A stretch of DNA of 64,000 nucleotides from Bdellovibrionota bacterium (GCA_044345405.1 JBIJBE010000013.1:1-64000); one strand, 5' to 3'. Positions 30,422 to 40,970 are shown, counted from the first letter of the stretch. The notes: a model not told the origin generated them from the sequence alone. A program made the numbers and translations.

Positions 30422-32359
30422 ATGGTCTCTCTTGTTGCTGATACCGACGTAGCGACGATATCTTCACTCTTAAGCCTCTCCGTCGCGCTCATGGGTCTGT
30501 TCGCCGCCCTTATCTGCCGACGCGGCGATACCTCAATTTCGCTCAACATTTGGTTCTCCCTCGCTTTTAGTTCCCTCTCGCTCATCACAACCGATTATCT
30601 TCGTTGGGTATGCGTATCCGTAGGAGCGGTCTGCGCCATCGCCCATCAGCGGTGGCGACGACATCAGTATGAGGTTGTCGCCCTTAATTTCCAATCCGCG
30701 CCACTGTTTATCCGCGCCATGGGCGTGATCTTGATATCGTGGATCCTTCTTTATCGCCTTGACTCAAATTTCCTTCCGCCTCTTGTCTGGGAAGCAACCA
30801 CAATCAACAACTTTTTCGCCGAGCTTTCGAGCGTTACGGTATGGAATGCCCTTCGGACACGCCTTCTATGGGCTCAAGGATTACTCAGCGAGGGAGATCG
30901 CTCCCTTCTCTATGGATATCCGACCCTTTATCTACTGAAGTTTAAAAGCTCACTCATCAGCCTCCGAGTAATGTCCGCGCTCTACTTTCTGGGGACAGCT
31001 CTCCTTCTCGCCGCCTTTTGCAAGCGCTTCTTTCATCCGACTATCGGATTGGTTGTGCTCTTCACCTTTGGTCTTAATGAGGCAGGCCTACTATTTGGCC
31101 GTTACGCCAGCTCTATCGCCGCCACACTCTTCAGTGTCGCTGCGGCACTGTACGTGTGCGCCGCGCTGATTGCGAGACCCTCGGTCAGTAAATCACTGGG
31201 AGCCGTCCTGCTCCTTTACATCGCGACCCTCGGGTACGCGCCCGGTCGGATCACGGTGCTTATTCTTCTCGGCATGACCGCTTTTGGAATTATGTGGAAC
31301 GAGGCTCAGAAGAGATCCTCTCGCCTTCATAGCTCGCTTGTGATCTGCGCTGGCGTATTGCTTGTGTGCACGGCGCAGTATCGGGCCGGACGTGTTCACT
31401 CGTTCGCGTTCGCCCGAGGCGAGCAACTCTCGATGATGATGAACAACGGCTTCTGGCCAGCGCCTGTATTGGACAAATGGAGGTCTTTTAAATCGGAGGA
31501 TAGACCACCTCACGTCCTCGACTACATCTCCTTCGCAAAAGAACTTGTCACAACAACCACGATTCCCGAGCTGCAACAGCTACTCTCTCCATTTGACCAG
31601 GCTCCTTCCCGAGCACGTCGATTCTCCTACGACCCCTTGAGGCTTGAACTCTACACCAAGCCACTCTATCCCTTTATGCTTTTGGGATTGCTGATGGCCT
31701 CGCGCTACACGACCCGATGGATTCATGCCACCTTGCTCCTTTGGCTCGTTGTAGGGGTCGTACCTGTGCTCCTTACAAATCGAGTCGACTCCTACCGAAC
31801 AAGCATGTTCATTATTCCCCTCTCGATCTGGCTAGCGGTGGGAATCGCGGAGGCTATCAATGAGGCGCGACGCGCTCGTATCCCTCGCGTTCTTGTCACC
31901 TGCGTTCCACTCGCGGCAGCGCTCGCAATCACGCTCCATCGCACCGAATCTCTTCATTTCGCCGGTGTTTCACCTTCAGCGACGGATCTCGTCATTAGCG
32001 AAGTTTCGCCGCGAATCCTTCACAACGCCACCGTAGGTGTCGAGGCCATAGAATTCAGAACACGAGCTCTCACGAATGTACTCCTCTTACAGAGAGAGCA
32101 GCGCGGTTGGATTAATCCCCGAATCGTCATGCCCGAAGACACGTACCAAGAACTGGTGAGTACCGAATCCTCAGAGGAGCACGAGAAAGCATTCGAAAAA
32201 CTTGTTGAGGACCTCACCAATCATAGACCACTCATCGTAGGGCCCTACCACGTCATGACGCCCACCCTAGAGGCGTTGTCACGTCGGGGCTTCAAAGTCT
32301 GGCCCCTTCGAGTGCGTCATCTGGAATTGGCGTATGTTGAGAACGGGGCCCCGCGCTAG
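30422..32359 (+). CDS. GT-C-like (ArnT/PMT-like) polytopic membrane protein
   Basis: 645 aa, many TM segments, ILLYRL...WE and SLISLRVMSALY pattern similar to the 10556-12757 protein. Confidence 0.65.
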   Translation: MVSLVADTDVATISSLLSLSVALMGLFAALICRRGDTSISLNIWFSLAFSSLSLITTDYLRWVCVSVGAVCAIAHQRWRRHQYEVVALNFQSAPLFIRAMGVILISWILLYRLDSNFLPPLVWEATTINNFFAELSSVTVWNALRTRLLWAQGLLSEGDRSLLYGYPTLYLLKFKSSLISLRVMSALYFLGTALLLAAFCKRFFHPTIGLVVLFTFGLNEAGLLFGRYASSIAATLFSVAAALYVCAALIARPSVSKSLGAVLLLYIATLGYAPGRITVLILLGMTAFGIMWNEAQKRSSRLHSSLVICAGVLLVCTAQYRAGRVHSFAFARGEQLSMMMNNGFWPAPVLDKWRSFKSEDRPPHVLDYISFAKELVTTTTIPELQQLLSPFDQAPSRARRFSYDPLRLELYTKPLYPFMLLGLLMASRYTTRWIHATLLLWLVVGVVPVLLTNRVDSYRTSMFIIPLSIWLAVGIAEAINEARRARIPRVLVTCVPLAAALAITLHRTESLHFAGVSPSATDLVISEVSPRILHNATVGVEAIEFRTRALTNVLLLQREQRGWINPRIVMPEDTYQELVSTESSEEHEKAFEKLVEDLTNHRPLIVGPYHVMTPTLEALSRRGFKVWPLRVRHLELAYVENGAPR

Positions 32360-32471
32360 AGAGCCCCAGGGAGGCCCCTCTGACCCTTTTGACGGCCGTG
32401 CCGAACAATTCTACTATACGAACGCGGCCCGGGCCGGAGAGAAACACCACCCGAAAAACACACATAATATC

Positions 32472-34640
32472 ATGAACTTAGCTCTTTCATTGGCTGCGCT
32501 CCTCGCCCTCCTCGGCCTCTCTGGGGGATCGTGGTATCTGTGGTCGCTGACCCCTCCCGCTCTCATTCCCTCGGGTAAGTACATCGGCGCCTGCGCGGTG
32601 GGGCTTCTGGTCGTAGGACTCGTGTATTCCCTCTTCATTCGACGCCAACGCCCGCGCCTCGCGGATTTTGCCTCCCCTTTGGTTTGGAGCTTTGGGCTGG
32701 TCCTCATCTTTCTCTCGGCCTGGCTCTGTCGGCCATATAGCTTCTTTCAGGCCCCTTGGTTCAGAAAGGAGATCGCCCTCGCCGCCGTGGTGGCGTACGC
32801 GATGACGTACACCTCGTGGAGACGATTCCTCGTGGCGCTTCCTCTTATAACCTCTCTTTTGAGCGTAGTGACCTTCTTCACCGAGTCAGCGGGACGACTC
32901 CTCTTCAGCGATGATCACGCCATGTTCATCTTTCGCCTTAAGCTCCTCAAGGAGAACTTCCCCTTCATTCCATTCTGGTCTCCACTATGGAACGGAGGGT
33001 TCGACGCTCGGGATTTCTTCGCTACTGGGGCCCTCAACGCGTTCCTCATCTCAAGCCCGCTCGTGTATCTCTTTCCTATCGAGTCGGTGTACAACCTCAT
33101 CATCGCTGGCATCCTCTTCGCTCTAGTTCCGGGCGCGACCTACGCCGCCGCGCGCCTCATGAACGCGGAACGGGTCGTAGCGGCCGTGAGCGCTGTTATC
33201 GCGATGAGCTCGAGCCTCTTCTGGTATCGGTGGGCTCTTAAGTACGGCACGATCGGATTCGTCGTGAGCACCGCTCTCATGCCGCTCACGATCGCCTACC
33301 TCCTTCGATTCCTGACGGGTAAAACCCTTTCCCTCCGCGATATCACGCTTTTCGCTCTCATCGCGACGCTTACCATGCTGTGGTCTCCCTCGGGCATCGC
33401 GCTTCTTCCACTCGGACTGCTCGTACTCCCGAAACTTCGAATGATAGTAAGCTCTCGACGACATCTGCTCACCGCCGTTATTATCTTGGCGCTTAACCTT
33501 CCGTGGATGTCGATGATGTGGAAGGTTTCAGGGGTTCAACGCTTCCTCAACTCCGAATCGACCAATCAGGTATCGCGCACAACGCAGACCGAGGAGACAT
33601 CAGAAGCGAAAAGTCCCTCAACCTATCGACACAAGTCTGAAGGAATCAACCTCAAGAAGAGCTTAAAGAACTGGCAGGAATCAGCCTGCTCAGCGAACCC
33701 TCTCGTAGTTGTACTCGCGATTCCCGCTATCCTCTCACTAGCGCGCCCCTACCGCCTCATCTTCGGCATGGTCAGCCTGTGGCTTGTGGGATTGGGAACC
33801 GTCGGGGTCTCTCTCAAACCACAACTTGAGCTCGATCGAATGCTCGTGGTCGCCGGCGTTCTCGCCTCATTCCCACTCGCCACCTACATCGTCACGATGT
33901 TCGAGCGAAGCTCGCGGGACCAATTCCACAGACTCTCCGCGAGTGTTGTGGGTGGATTTCTTCTCGCCTCTCCATTCGCTATTCACGCCATGCTCACCAA
34001 TCAGCTGTATGACAAGTACAACTTCGCGGAACCTGAGGTGGAAAAAATTAGTATGACCTTGGCGAACACCGCGAAGGATGGACGAGGGCTCTTCACAGGC
34101 TGCGTGCTCCACGAACTCAGCAACGGACACCTCGCGCCCCTTCCCTTGTGGTCAAACACACCCCTCATCGCCTCAAGCTATGCGCACAATATTTGGCGGT
34201 ATGAGCAACCTATTCCCGCGCCATTTTTGGAACAGGGAGATATCGGCATCGAACGTTTCTTCGATCTGATGAACGTCACCGTAGTGATGGCTCACGAGCC
34301 ACAGTGGAGAAAATATCTCCAAGACCGGCCTGATCGCTACGCGCTCAAAGAGCACCACAAGAACTTCATGATATTCGAACGCCTTGGATACACACCTTCG
34401 TATGTTCTTGAGGGTGAAGCTCGGGACCTCTCTCAGACCTCAAACTCCGTGACCCTCACGCCACTCTCAGAGCGAATCGTCCTTAAGTTTAAATATTTCC
34501 CCTTCCTCACGGCCTCACACTGCACCGTGTCGCCATTTCAGGTTTCGCCAGACCTTCAACTCGTGGAGCTTTCGAAATGTCGTATAGGCGAATCAACCCG
34601 CGTTGAAAGCGTCTCTCCGCTCAAGCGGTTATTTTCCTAG
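32472..34640 (+). CDS. GT-C-like membrane protein (YfhO/PTPS-related-like)
   Basis: SDDHAMF...PFWSPLWNGG loop motif after the N-terminal TM segments; start placed at ATG 32472. Confidence 0.65.
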   Translation: MNLALSLAALLALLGLSGGSWYLWSLTPPALIPSGKYIGACAVGLLVVGLVYSLFIRRQRPRLADFASPLVWSFGLVLIFLSAWLCRPYSFFQAPWFRKEIALAAVVAYAMTYTSWRRFLVALPLITSLLSVVTFFTESAGRLLFSDDHAMFIFRLKLLKENFPFIPFWSPLWNGGFDARDFFATGALNAFLISSPLVYLFPIESVYNLIIAGILFALVPGATYAAARLMNAERVVAAVSAVIAMSSSLFWYRWALKYGTIGFVVSTALMPLTIAYLLRFLTGKTLSLRDITLFALIATLTMLWSPSGIALLPLGLLVLPKLRMIVSSRRHLLTAVIILALNLPWMSMMWKVSGVQRFLNSESTNQVSRTTQTEETSEAKSPSTYRHKSEGINLKKSLKNWQESACSANPLVVVLAIPAILSLARPYRLIFGMVSLWLVGLGTVGVSLKPQLELDRMLVVAGVLASFPLATYIVTMFERSSRDQFHRLSASVVGGFLLASPFAIHAMLTNQLYDKYNFAEPEVEKISMTLANTAKDGRGLFTGCVLHELSNGHLAPLPLWSNTPLIASSYAHNIWRYEQPIPAPFLEQGDIGIERFFDLMNVTVVMAHEPQWRKYLQDRPDRYALKEHHKNFMIFERLGYTPSYVLEGEARDLSQTSNSVTLTPLSERIVLKFKYFPFLTASHCTVSPFQVSPDLQLVELSKCRIGESTRVESVSPLKRLFS

Positions 34641-34664
34641 TACGAAAAAATCACCTGAGCAGGT

Positions 34665-35129
34665 TTAGCCTTGAGATGCCTGCGCTTGAAGGTGCTTCTG
34701 GTGCGCTACTTTATCAAGCACACCGTTGATGAAGGTGGGCCCCTCCGGCGACGCGAATTCCTTGGCTATCTCAATCGCCTCATTGATAGCGCATTTAACC
34801 GGCACATCTGAACGATACAGTATCTCGTATGCCGCGACCCGTATGATATTCCGCTCGACAAGCGCCATGCGAGCGACGCTCCAATTCATAGACGCGAGTC
34901 CGATCGCGGTATCGATCGCTTCAAGGTTCGTGAACACGCCCTCAAGCATCTCTCGATAAAAGGGATGGCTCTCTCGAGGAGTATCGTTGTCTCCTTCGTC
35001 ATTTAAGCCACACTGTAGAAAATGAGAGGAGAAGACGTCAGCGGTCTCAAGCGAAAGCGTTCCCTGCGCGTCACAAAGATAGAGCGTCTGCATGGCCGCC
35101 TCGCGGCACGTTCGACGAGACTTCATCAA
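34665..35129 (-). CDS. nusB: Transcription antitermination factor NusB
   Basis: RRTCREAAMQ.LY, NWSVARM..VERNIIR, AINEAIEIAK and FINGVLD. Confidence 0.96.
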   Translation of the reverse strand: MMKSRRTCREAAMQTLYLCDAQGTLSLETADVFSSHFLQCGLNDEGDNDTPRESHPFYREMLEGVFTNLEAIDTAIGLASMNWSVARMALVERNIIRVAAYEILYRSDVPVKCAINEAIEIAKEFASPEGPTFINGVLDKVAHQKHLQAQASQG

Positions 35130-35299
35130 GGTTCCTTATAAAACGGTAGCGTAAAGGGTTATGTGGGAGGGAGAAGCCCATGATACCTGCTTAAACACCT
35201 GTAAAGAACACTCCCCAGAAGTTAATTTCCTAATCATCTCGAAAGATTACCAAATACTACTGAGGGCGCGGCGGATGCAACCTGGGAGAAATGGGGTCT

Positions 35300-36550
35300 T
35301 TATAAAAGGTGGCCGAGCTTATCTCGCTTAGTCCTGAGATACGACTCACTGTACCGGTCCGCCTCGACTACCATGGGAATACGCTCAACCACGGAGATTC
35401 CAAAGCGAGATAACGCGGCGGCTTTGGCCGGATTATTGGTAATAAGACGGATGGCGCGAATTCCCATGGCGAGAAGCATGTGCGCTCCTACCGCGAAGTC
35501 ACGCTCATCCGGATCAAACCCTAGATGGACGTTCGCCTCCACGGTATCGAGACCTTGGTCCTGCAGCGCGTACGCGCGAACTTTGTTCTCAAGTCCGATA
35601 CCCCGTCCTTCTTGTCGAAGATAGAGAACTAAACCCGCGCCCTCCTCCGTGACAAGCTTCATCGCCCCATCCAATTGACGACCACAATCACATCGTCTAC
35701 TTCCGAAAACATCGCCGGTCAAACACTCCGAGTGCAATCGCACCAGGGGGGCGTAGGACGCTGGCATCTTTGAGAGATCACCACGAATCATGGCGACATG
35801 CTCTTTCTTTCCAGCGTCATCGGCGTACACCACTGCACGAAAAGTACCGTAGTCGGTCTGAGCTTCCCCCTCACTGATTTGACGCACCGCTATCTCATGA
35901 AAAGCGCGGTGCTCACGAATGGCTTGAATGCTCGTAATACGGAGACCGTGCTTCGAGGCGAACGCCTGAAGTTCCGCTCCTCGGGCCATCGTGCCATCGG
36001 GATTAAGAACCTCACACAAAATCCCTGATGGAGCGAGCCCTGCCAGGCGCGCAAGATCGAATGCCCCCTCGGTATGTCCAGGTCTTCCCAACACTCCCGC
36101 GCTATTCGCGATCAGAGGAAATACGTGGCCAGGACTCACAAAGTGGTGTGGCTGCGCCTCTGGCTCTATCAGCGCCCGCATCGTTCGCGCCCGTCCCTCC
36201 GCCGTAACACCACGAGCGCCGACATCCTTATGATCGACGTTGATAGCGAATGGGGTCTGAAAGGGCGAGTTGTTATTGAGAACCTGAAGGGGGAGTCGCA
36301 ATCGCTCGGCGACCTCCGCTGGAACGCTGACGCAGATAAGCCCACGCGCCTCTCTCGTGAGAAACGCCACTAGCTCAGGGGTCACCTTCTCTGTCGCGAG
36401 AATAAGATCTCCCTCATTCTCACGATCCGCGTTATCGACAACGATAACCGCTTTTCCGGCGCGAATGTCCGCGAGAATATCTGAGAATGAATCAAGCGCG
36501 AGAGGGTCTCCTCCCGAAGTTTTTTTAACCCCCGAAGCTTTTTTAGCCAT
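35300..36550 (-). CDS. ribBA: Bifunctional DHBP synthase / GTP cyclohydrolase II
   Basis: RENEGD, PGHVFPL and GHTE in the RibB part; RLHSECLTGDVFGSRRCDCG, QEGRGIGL and TNNP in the RibA part. Confidence 0.96.
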   Translation of the reverse strand: MAKKASGVKKTSGGDPLALDSFSDILADIRAGKAVIVVDNADRENEGDLILATEKVTPELVAFLTREARGLICVSVPAEVAERLRLPLQVLNNNSPFQTPFAINVDHKDVGARGVTAEGRARTMRALIEPEAQPHHFVSPGHVFPLIANSAGVLGRPGHTEGAFDLARLAGLAPSGILCEVLNPDGTMARGAELQAFASKHGLRITSIQAIREHRAFHEIAVRQISEGEAQTDYGTFRAVVYADDAGKKEHVAMIRGDLSKMPASYAPLVRLHSECLTGDVFGSRRCDCGRQLDGAMKLVTEEGAGLVLYLRQEGRGIGLENKVRAYALQDQGLDTVEANVHLGFDPDERDFAVGAHMLLAMGIRAIRLITNNPAKAAALSRFGISVVERIPMVVEADRYSESYLRTKRDKLGHLL

Positions 36551-36559
36551 GAACGGAAC

Positions 36560-37042
36560 TCAGGAGGGCTCTACCTTCTTAAGGTGAGCGGTCTTTGCCG
36601 CGCTCCCTAAGCTCTCAAGCGCGTCTACAAATTGACTGACGTCGGAAAACTCACGATAGACCGAGGCGAATCGCACATACGCGATCTTGTCCATTTTGCG
36701 AAGCTCTTCAATAACGGCCTCACCCACAACGCGGCTATCAACCTCTCGAACGCACATCTCTTGAAGCTTACGCTCGATCGTCTCCACAGCGGCGTCGATT
36801 GCCTCTGTGCTCACGGGACGCTTTTCACACGCGCGCCGAAGCCCCCCTCGGATTTTTTCACGATCGAAGACCTCGCGCCGGCCATCCTTTTTGATAACCG
36901 CTGGAAGTGACAACTCAACCCGCTCATAGGTAGTGAAACGGTACCCGCAATCCTGACACTCACGACGACGACGAATAGCTCCGCCGTCACCGCGAGAGTC
37001 AGTTACTGAGCTTTTGTCCGAGTTGCACTTTGGGCAAAACAT
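36560..37042 (-). CDS. nrdR: Transcriptional repressor NrdR
   Basis: CPKC...RRRRECQDC..RFTTYE, ATP cone and AYVRFASVYREF. Confidence 0.98.
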   Translation of the reverse strand: MFCPKCNSDKSSVTDSRGDGGAIRRRRECQDCGYRFTTYERVELSLPAVIKKDGRREVFDREKIRGGLRRACEKRPVSTEAIDAAVETIERKLQEMCVREVDSRVVGEAVIEELRKMDKIAYVRFASVYREFSDVSQFVDALESLGSAAKTAHLKKVEPS

Positions 37043-37063
37043 GGTCGTACCGTTATCTCCTCG

Positions 37064-38347
37064 TTAGCGCGTCAAACGATGGCGATACAACGGAAACTTC
37101 TTGCTAAGCTCACGCACGCTATCCGCGACCGCCTTGAGCTTCGCTTCACTCTGGGCGTTTGAAAGCGCGTCGTAGATAAACTCAGCGACCTGAGCCATCT
37201 CGGCGACTCCCATTCCGCGGGTCGTGAGAGCTGGCGTTCCAAGACGGACACCGCTGCATACAGATGGCGGCTGTGGGTCAAACGGCACGGTGTTCTTGTT
37301 AACGGTAATTCCTACCTTATCAAGAACCTCCTCTCCTATTTTGCCAGAGACGCCGATCGGCCGAAGATCAACGAGTAGAAGGTGAGAATCCGTTCCACCA
37401 GACACGATCGTAAGGCCCTTCTTAGTAAGCCCTTCCGCCAACGCTTGCGCGTTAGCCACAACCTGCGCCGCGTACGTCTTAAAGTCTGGAGCGAGCGCCT
37501 CTTTAGCCATAACAGCCTTAGCGGCGATCGTGTGCATGTGAGGACCACCTTGAAGACCAGGAAACACCGCCTTGTTGATCGCTTTACGGTGAGCCTCCTT
37601 TCCCATCACCATCCCTGAACGTGGCCCACGGAGGGTTTTGTGAGTCGTCGTCGTGACGATATCAGCGAACGGAACTGGGGATTGGTATGAACCACCTGCG
37701 ACGAGACCGGCATAGTGCGCGATATCCGCCAGAAATATAGCGCCAACTTCATCAGCGGCCTCACGGAAAGGCTTCCAGTCTATTTGACGGGAATAGGCGC
37801 TTCCGCCCGCGATGATCAATTTCGGCTTGTGTTCACGAGCGAGAGTGCGAACCTGATCGTAATCGATCAATCCATCGCTCTCTTTTACTCCGTACCCAAC
37901 TACCTTGTAGTGCATACCGGAGAAGTTAACCGGGCTTCCGTGAGAAAGATGTCCACCTTGATCCAACCGAAGTCCCATGAAGGTGTCCCCGGGCTTTAAG
38001 AACGCCTCGAACACCGCTTGGTTCGCCTGCACACCGGAGTGCGGCTGCACGTTCGTGAAATCCGAGCCAAAGAGCTCACACACACGAGCGCTCGCGAGGT
38101 TCTCCACATCATCAACAACATGACATCCACCGTAGTATCGCTTGCCAGGTTGTCCCTCAGCGTACTTGTTCGTCAACGTCGAGCCCATCGCCTCGAGAAT
38201 CGCTTCACTCACGAAGTTCTCTGACGGAATCATCTCCAAGCCGTACTCTTGTCGCTCCGTTTCACGCTGGATGAGCGCGAACACCTCAGGGTCAGATTGC
38301 TTTAGCGACTTACTACGAGCTTCGTACGATGGCGTGGTGGAAGACAT
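37064..38347 (-). CDS. glyA: Serine hydroxymethyltransferase
   Basis: [25 protein letters not shown] and [12 protein letters not shown]. Confidence 0.98.
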   Translation of the reverse strand: MSSTTPSYEARSKSLKQSDPEVFALIQRETERQEYGLEMIPSENFVSEAILEAMGSTLTNKYAEGQPGKRYYGGCHVVDDVENLASARVCELFGSDFTNVQPHSGVQANQAVFEAFLKPGDTFMGLRLDQGGHLSHGSPVNFSGMHYKVVGYGVKESDGLIDYDQVRTLAREHKPKLIIAGGSAYSRQIDWKPFREAADEVGAIFLADIAHYAGLVAGGSYQSPVPFADIVTTTTHKTLRGPRSGMVMGKEAHRKAINKAVFPGLQGGPHMHTIAAKAVMAKEALAPDFKTYAAQVVANAQALAEGLTKKGLTIVSGGTDSHLLLVDLRPIGVSGKIGEEVLDKVGITVNKNTVPFDPQPPSVCSGVRLGTPALTTRGMGVAEMAQVAEFIYDALSNAQSEAKLKAVADSVRELSKKFPLYRHRLTR

Positions 38348-38370
38348 GAATTGCTCCGAAAAATTAGGAC

Positions 38371-38396
38371 AAAAAAGGGCCCTCGAAGGGGCCCTT
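38371..38396 (-). terminator. Intrinsic terminator after acpP
   Basis: The minus strand reads AAGGGCCCC-TTCG-AGGGCCC-TTTTTT. Confidence 0.8.
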
Positions 38397-38450
38397 GTAG
38401 CGTACCAAATTATCTCCCGTCAGGGATAGGATTTCGTACGCTTGACGCTA

Positions 38451-38696
38451 TTACGACTGCTTTCCTTGGATGTACTTTGTTACATCGTCAACAGTCTGGA
38501 TCTTCTCAGCGTCCTCGTCTGGAATCTCAAGGTCGTACTCTTCCTCAAGAGCCATGATGAGCTCAACGATGTCGAGGGAATCCGCACCGAGGTCCTCGAT
38601 GAACGAAGCCTGAGGAGTAACTTCCTCCAAGCTGACACCAAGCTGCTCTACGATAATCGATTTAACTCGCTCTGATATCTCCTCAGGTGTTGCCAT
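38451..38696 (-). CDS. acpP: Acyl carrier protein
   Basis: [12 protein letters not shown] phosphopantetheine motif; AGGAG ribosome-binding site upstream. Confidence 0.98.
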   Translation of the reverse strand: MATPEEISERVKSIIVEQLGVSLEEVTPQASFIEDLGADSLDIVELIMALEEEYDLEIPDEDAEKIQTVDDVTKYIQGKQS

Positions 38697-39352
38697 GTAA
38701 CACTTCTCCTAAATGGTCCAATAATAAAAATACAGTCGGTTGCGTCCTGCTTGAGCGAAGATGATTGTCGCTCACACAGCCAATCTTTCAAGTAACTGGC
38801 AGGATCCCAACGTATCTCTCCTCTGAGGCAGGCGCGATGTTTTTCACAAAGAAAAACCCCTCGTCGACCTCACAAGAGCCTCTTACATCGAGTCTCTGGC
38901 TTTCGACTTTTTACACCGGGGGAATCTAAGTAGACCCTGCCCTAATAGTCAAGAGGTGGACCCCTAACTCCTCCACCTTCCACCTGATTCTGAGTAGTTA
39001 GGCTGTTCTTTTTGGTAGCTCTTGGAAACAAAGTGACACTTTGAGGGTATAACAACTATTTTTTGGCTCGTCCCCTGTGCCAGGCCAATCGTCAATCCCT
39101 TGGGTTCCGTGATTGCGTTCGAGTCACAACGCTTCGTTTCGGCGTCCCTCTCCCACCTCATGCAGACAAAATCCGCGCGAAGGCAGCATGAACTTCATTC
39201 AGTCCATCGTCCCCTATTCATACGTAGATGAGAGCGCCCCCAACTTACCGCGCCCTTCCTCACGATGCCCTCAAGATTTTTTCATCCTCCTCTTTTGAGC
39301 CCGATCTGATCCTCACGGAGTCTGTCGTAGGAGAAAAAACGCTGGAGCACCC

Positions 39353-39625
39353 ATGAAAATCCTGTGCGCATGCCAAGGGAATGGAAACGGACACGCTTCA
39401 CGCGCCCGGGCTATCCTACGGGAACTCGCTCGCCACGCTGAGGTCGACGTAGCGACCAGCGGTAGCAACTTTCAACTCTACATCGGACATCCCGTTACAT
39501 TCTCCTTTTCCTGCTTTAGCTTTCGCCTGATAGAAATGGCAAGTTCTCCAGATGGGCAACGGTCAAGTCGTCGCGTGTTGGAATTGAGGCGATCGAGCGA
39601 GTCCTCCTCTTGTGCCCATACCTAA
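39353..39625 (+). pseudogene. Truncated, frameshifted GT-B glycosyltransferase (MJ1255/VC2487-like N-terminus)
   Basis: MKILCACQGNGNGHASRARAI matches the MKILYxxQGTGNGHxxR start of this family; only about 90 codons fit before the convergent gene. Confidence 0.7.
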
Positions 39626-39663
39626 GTACCGCCGATGGCGGGAAGGCATACGCCACCGGCGTG

Positions 39664-40821
39664 TCACCGCGGGACAAGGGTATGTATCGCGACTCCCGGA
39701 GGATGGCGAAGACCTCTATATGGAACGTAATACCGAGCGAGTCCGGGATGCACATAGGAGCGCGTCCGGTCGGTGAGCATCTCCCAATGTTTCGTGTGTC
39801 GATTCAGGTTGTCTGAGTATCCCCACCAATTCATGACCCGTGCGCCATCGAATAGCTTGAGCTCTCCCCAATGAGTGTGGCCCGACAGGACCAGATCGAT
39901 ATCCTTCGGAAAATCACCCCGAATGGAATCAAGATTGTGAGTAAGGACTATGTTCGTTTCCTCACCTGATACCGCGCTGGGAGGGCTTGGAGTGCCAAAG
40001 TAGGCATCATCAATTCCATAAATATTAAGAGGAGCGCCTCCAATCCTAAGACGGACATGATGATTATTGATATCATGAAATCCCACCTGTTCGAGTTGTT
40101 TACTGATAATAGCTGGAAGATGTCCGTGATAATCATGATTGCCATGCACCATAAACGCTTGTGGGCATATCGCGCTCAAGCGTTTCAGTTGCCTCAAGCT
40201 TTGTGAACACAGGTCCTCTGGCCCCTTCGTAATTACATCGCCCGAGAGGAGAATGAGATCGATTCGCCGCTCCCCTCTCTCCAAGAATTCCGCCACCCGA
40301 CTCATCTCTCTCCAGGGACGATCCGATGATTTTAAGAAATGAATATCGGAGAGATGCAGGATCGTTACACCGTGTAAGGGCGCGGGCAATCGGTCGAGAG
40401 GAACCTCATATTCATAGACGGATGTCCACCGAGTGAGAGGCCACACCTTTTCACTACGGCCAATGGCGTGTTTGACCGTTTTGCGATCCAAGGCGGCCGC
40501 TACATCGCGAGGTTCCTCTCGAAACGAAACCTTCGCCATGGGGTGAAGCGATTCTTGGCGAACGGGCAAGTCATGCGCCTCAGGTGCCCAAGGCCCCTCA
40601 AGTACCGCGGCTATTCGCTTTCTCCACGTAGGAGAATCCACATATCGACGCTTGAGCTCTTGCGCGGCTTCCACCTGCTCGGCCAGCAACGCGGCGAAAT
40701 CGACTCGAGGTAGAGAGAGCTCCTTTAACGCGTCAGAAACCACAGGGGGAGCTCGAAAAAGCTCTCCTGAAGATTGAGAGACAGGAACGTTAAACAGCCT
40801 CATCGATTCAGCACTTCGCAT
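39664..40821 (-). CDS. Calcineurin-like metallophosphoesterase (YkuE/YaeI-like)
   Basis: HLSDIH, SGD, GNHD, THN and SGHTH metal-binding motifs. Confidence 0.9.
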   Translation of the reverse strand: MRSAESMRLFNVPVSQSSGELFRAPPVVSDALKELSLPRVDFAALLAEQVEAAQELKRRYVDSPTWRKRIAAVLEGPWAPEAHDLPVRQESLHPMAKVSFREEPRDVAAALDRKTVKHAIGRSEKVWPLTRWTSVYEYEVPLDRLPAPLHGVTILHLSDIHFLKSSDRPWREMSRVAEFLERGERRIDLILLSGDVITKGPEDLCSQSLRQLKRLSAICPQAFMVHGNHDYHGHLPAIISKQLEQVGFHDINNHHVRLRIGGAPLNIYGIDDAYFGTPSPPSAVSGEETNIVLTHNLDSIRGDFPKDIDLVLSGHTHWGELKLFDGARVMNWWGYSDNLNRHTKHWEMLTDRTRSYVHPGLARYYVPYRGLRHPPGVAIHTLVPR

Positions 40822-40970
40822 ACCCGCACCGTATGCGCATTCAAGAAGGATCTACAGTTAGATTTGGTTAAGGACCGATGAGAAAATTGTGAGGGCTGTA
40901 GTTCCGTCCTGATTCTCGCCGCAACATCCCTTCCGCGGAATATTCATAGGCCCAGCCGCACCGTCCGTAC

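Noticed and set aside
36551-36559. FMN riboswitch upstream of ribBA
   Set aside because: Only 9 bp separate nrdR and ribBA.
38348-38450. ZTP or glycine riboswitch upstream of glyA
   Set aside because: No consensus aptamer motifs seen; the space is short and occupied by the acpP 3' hairpins.
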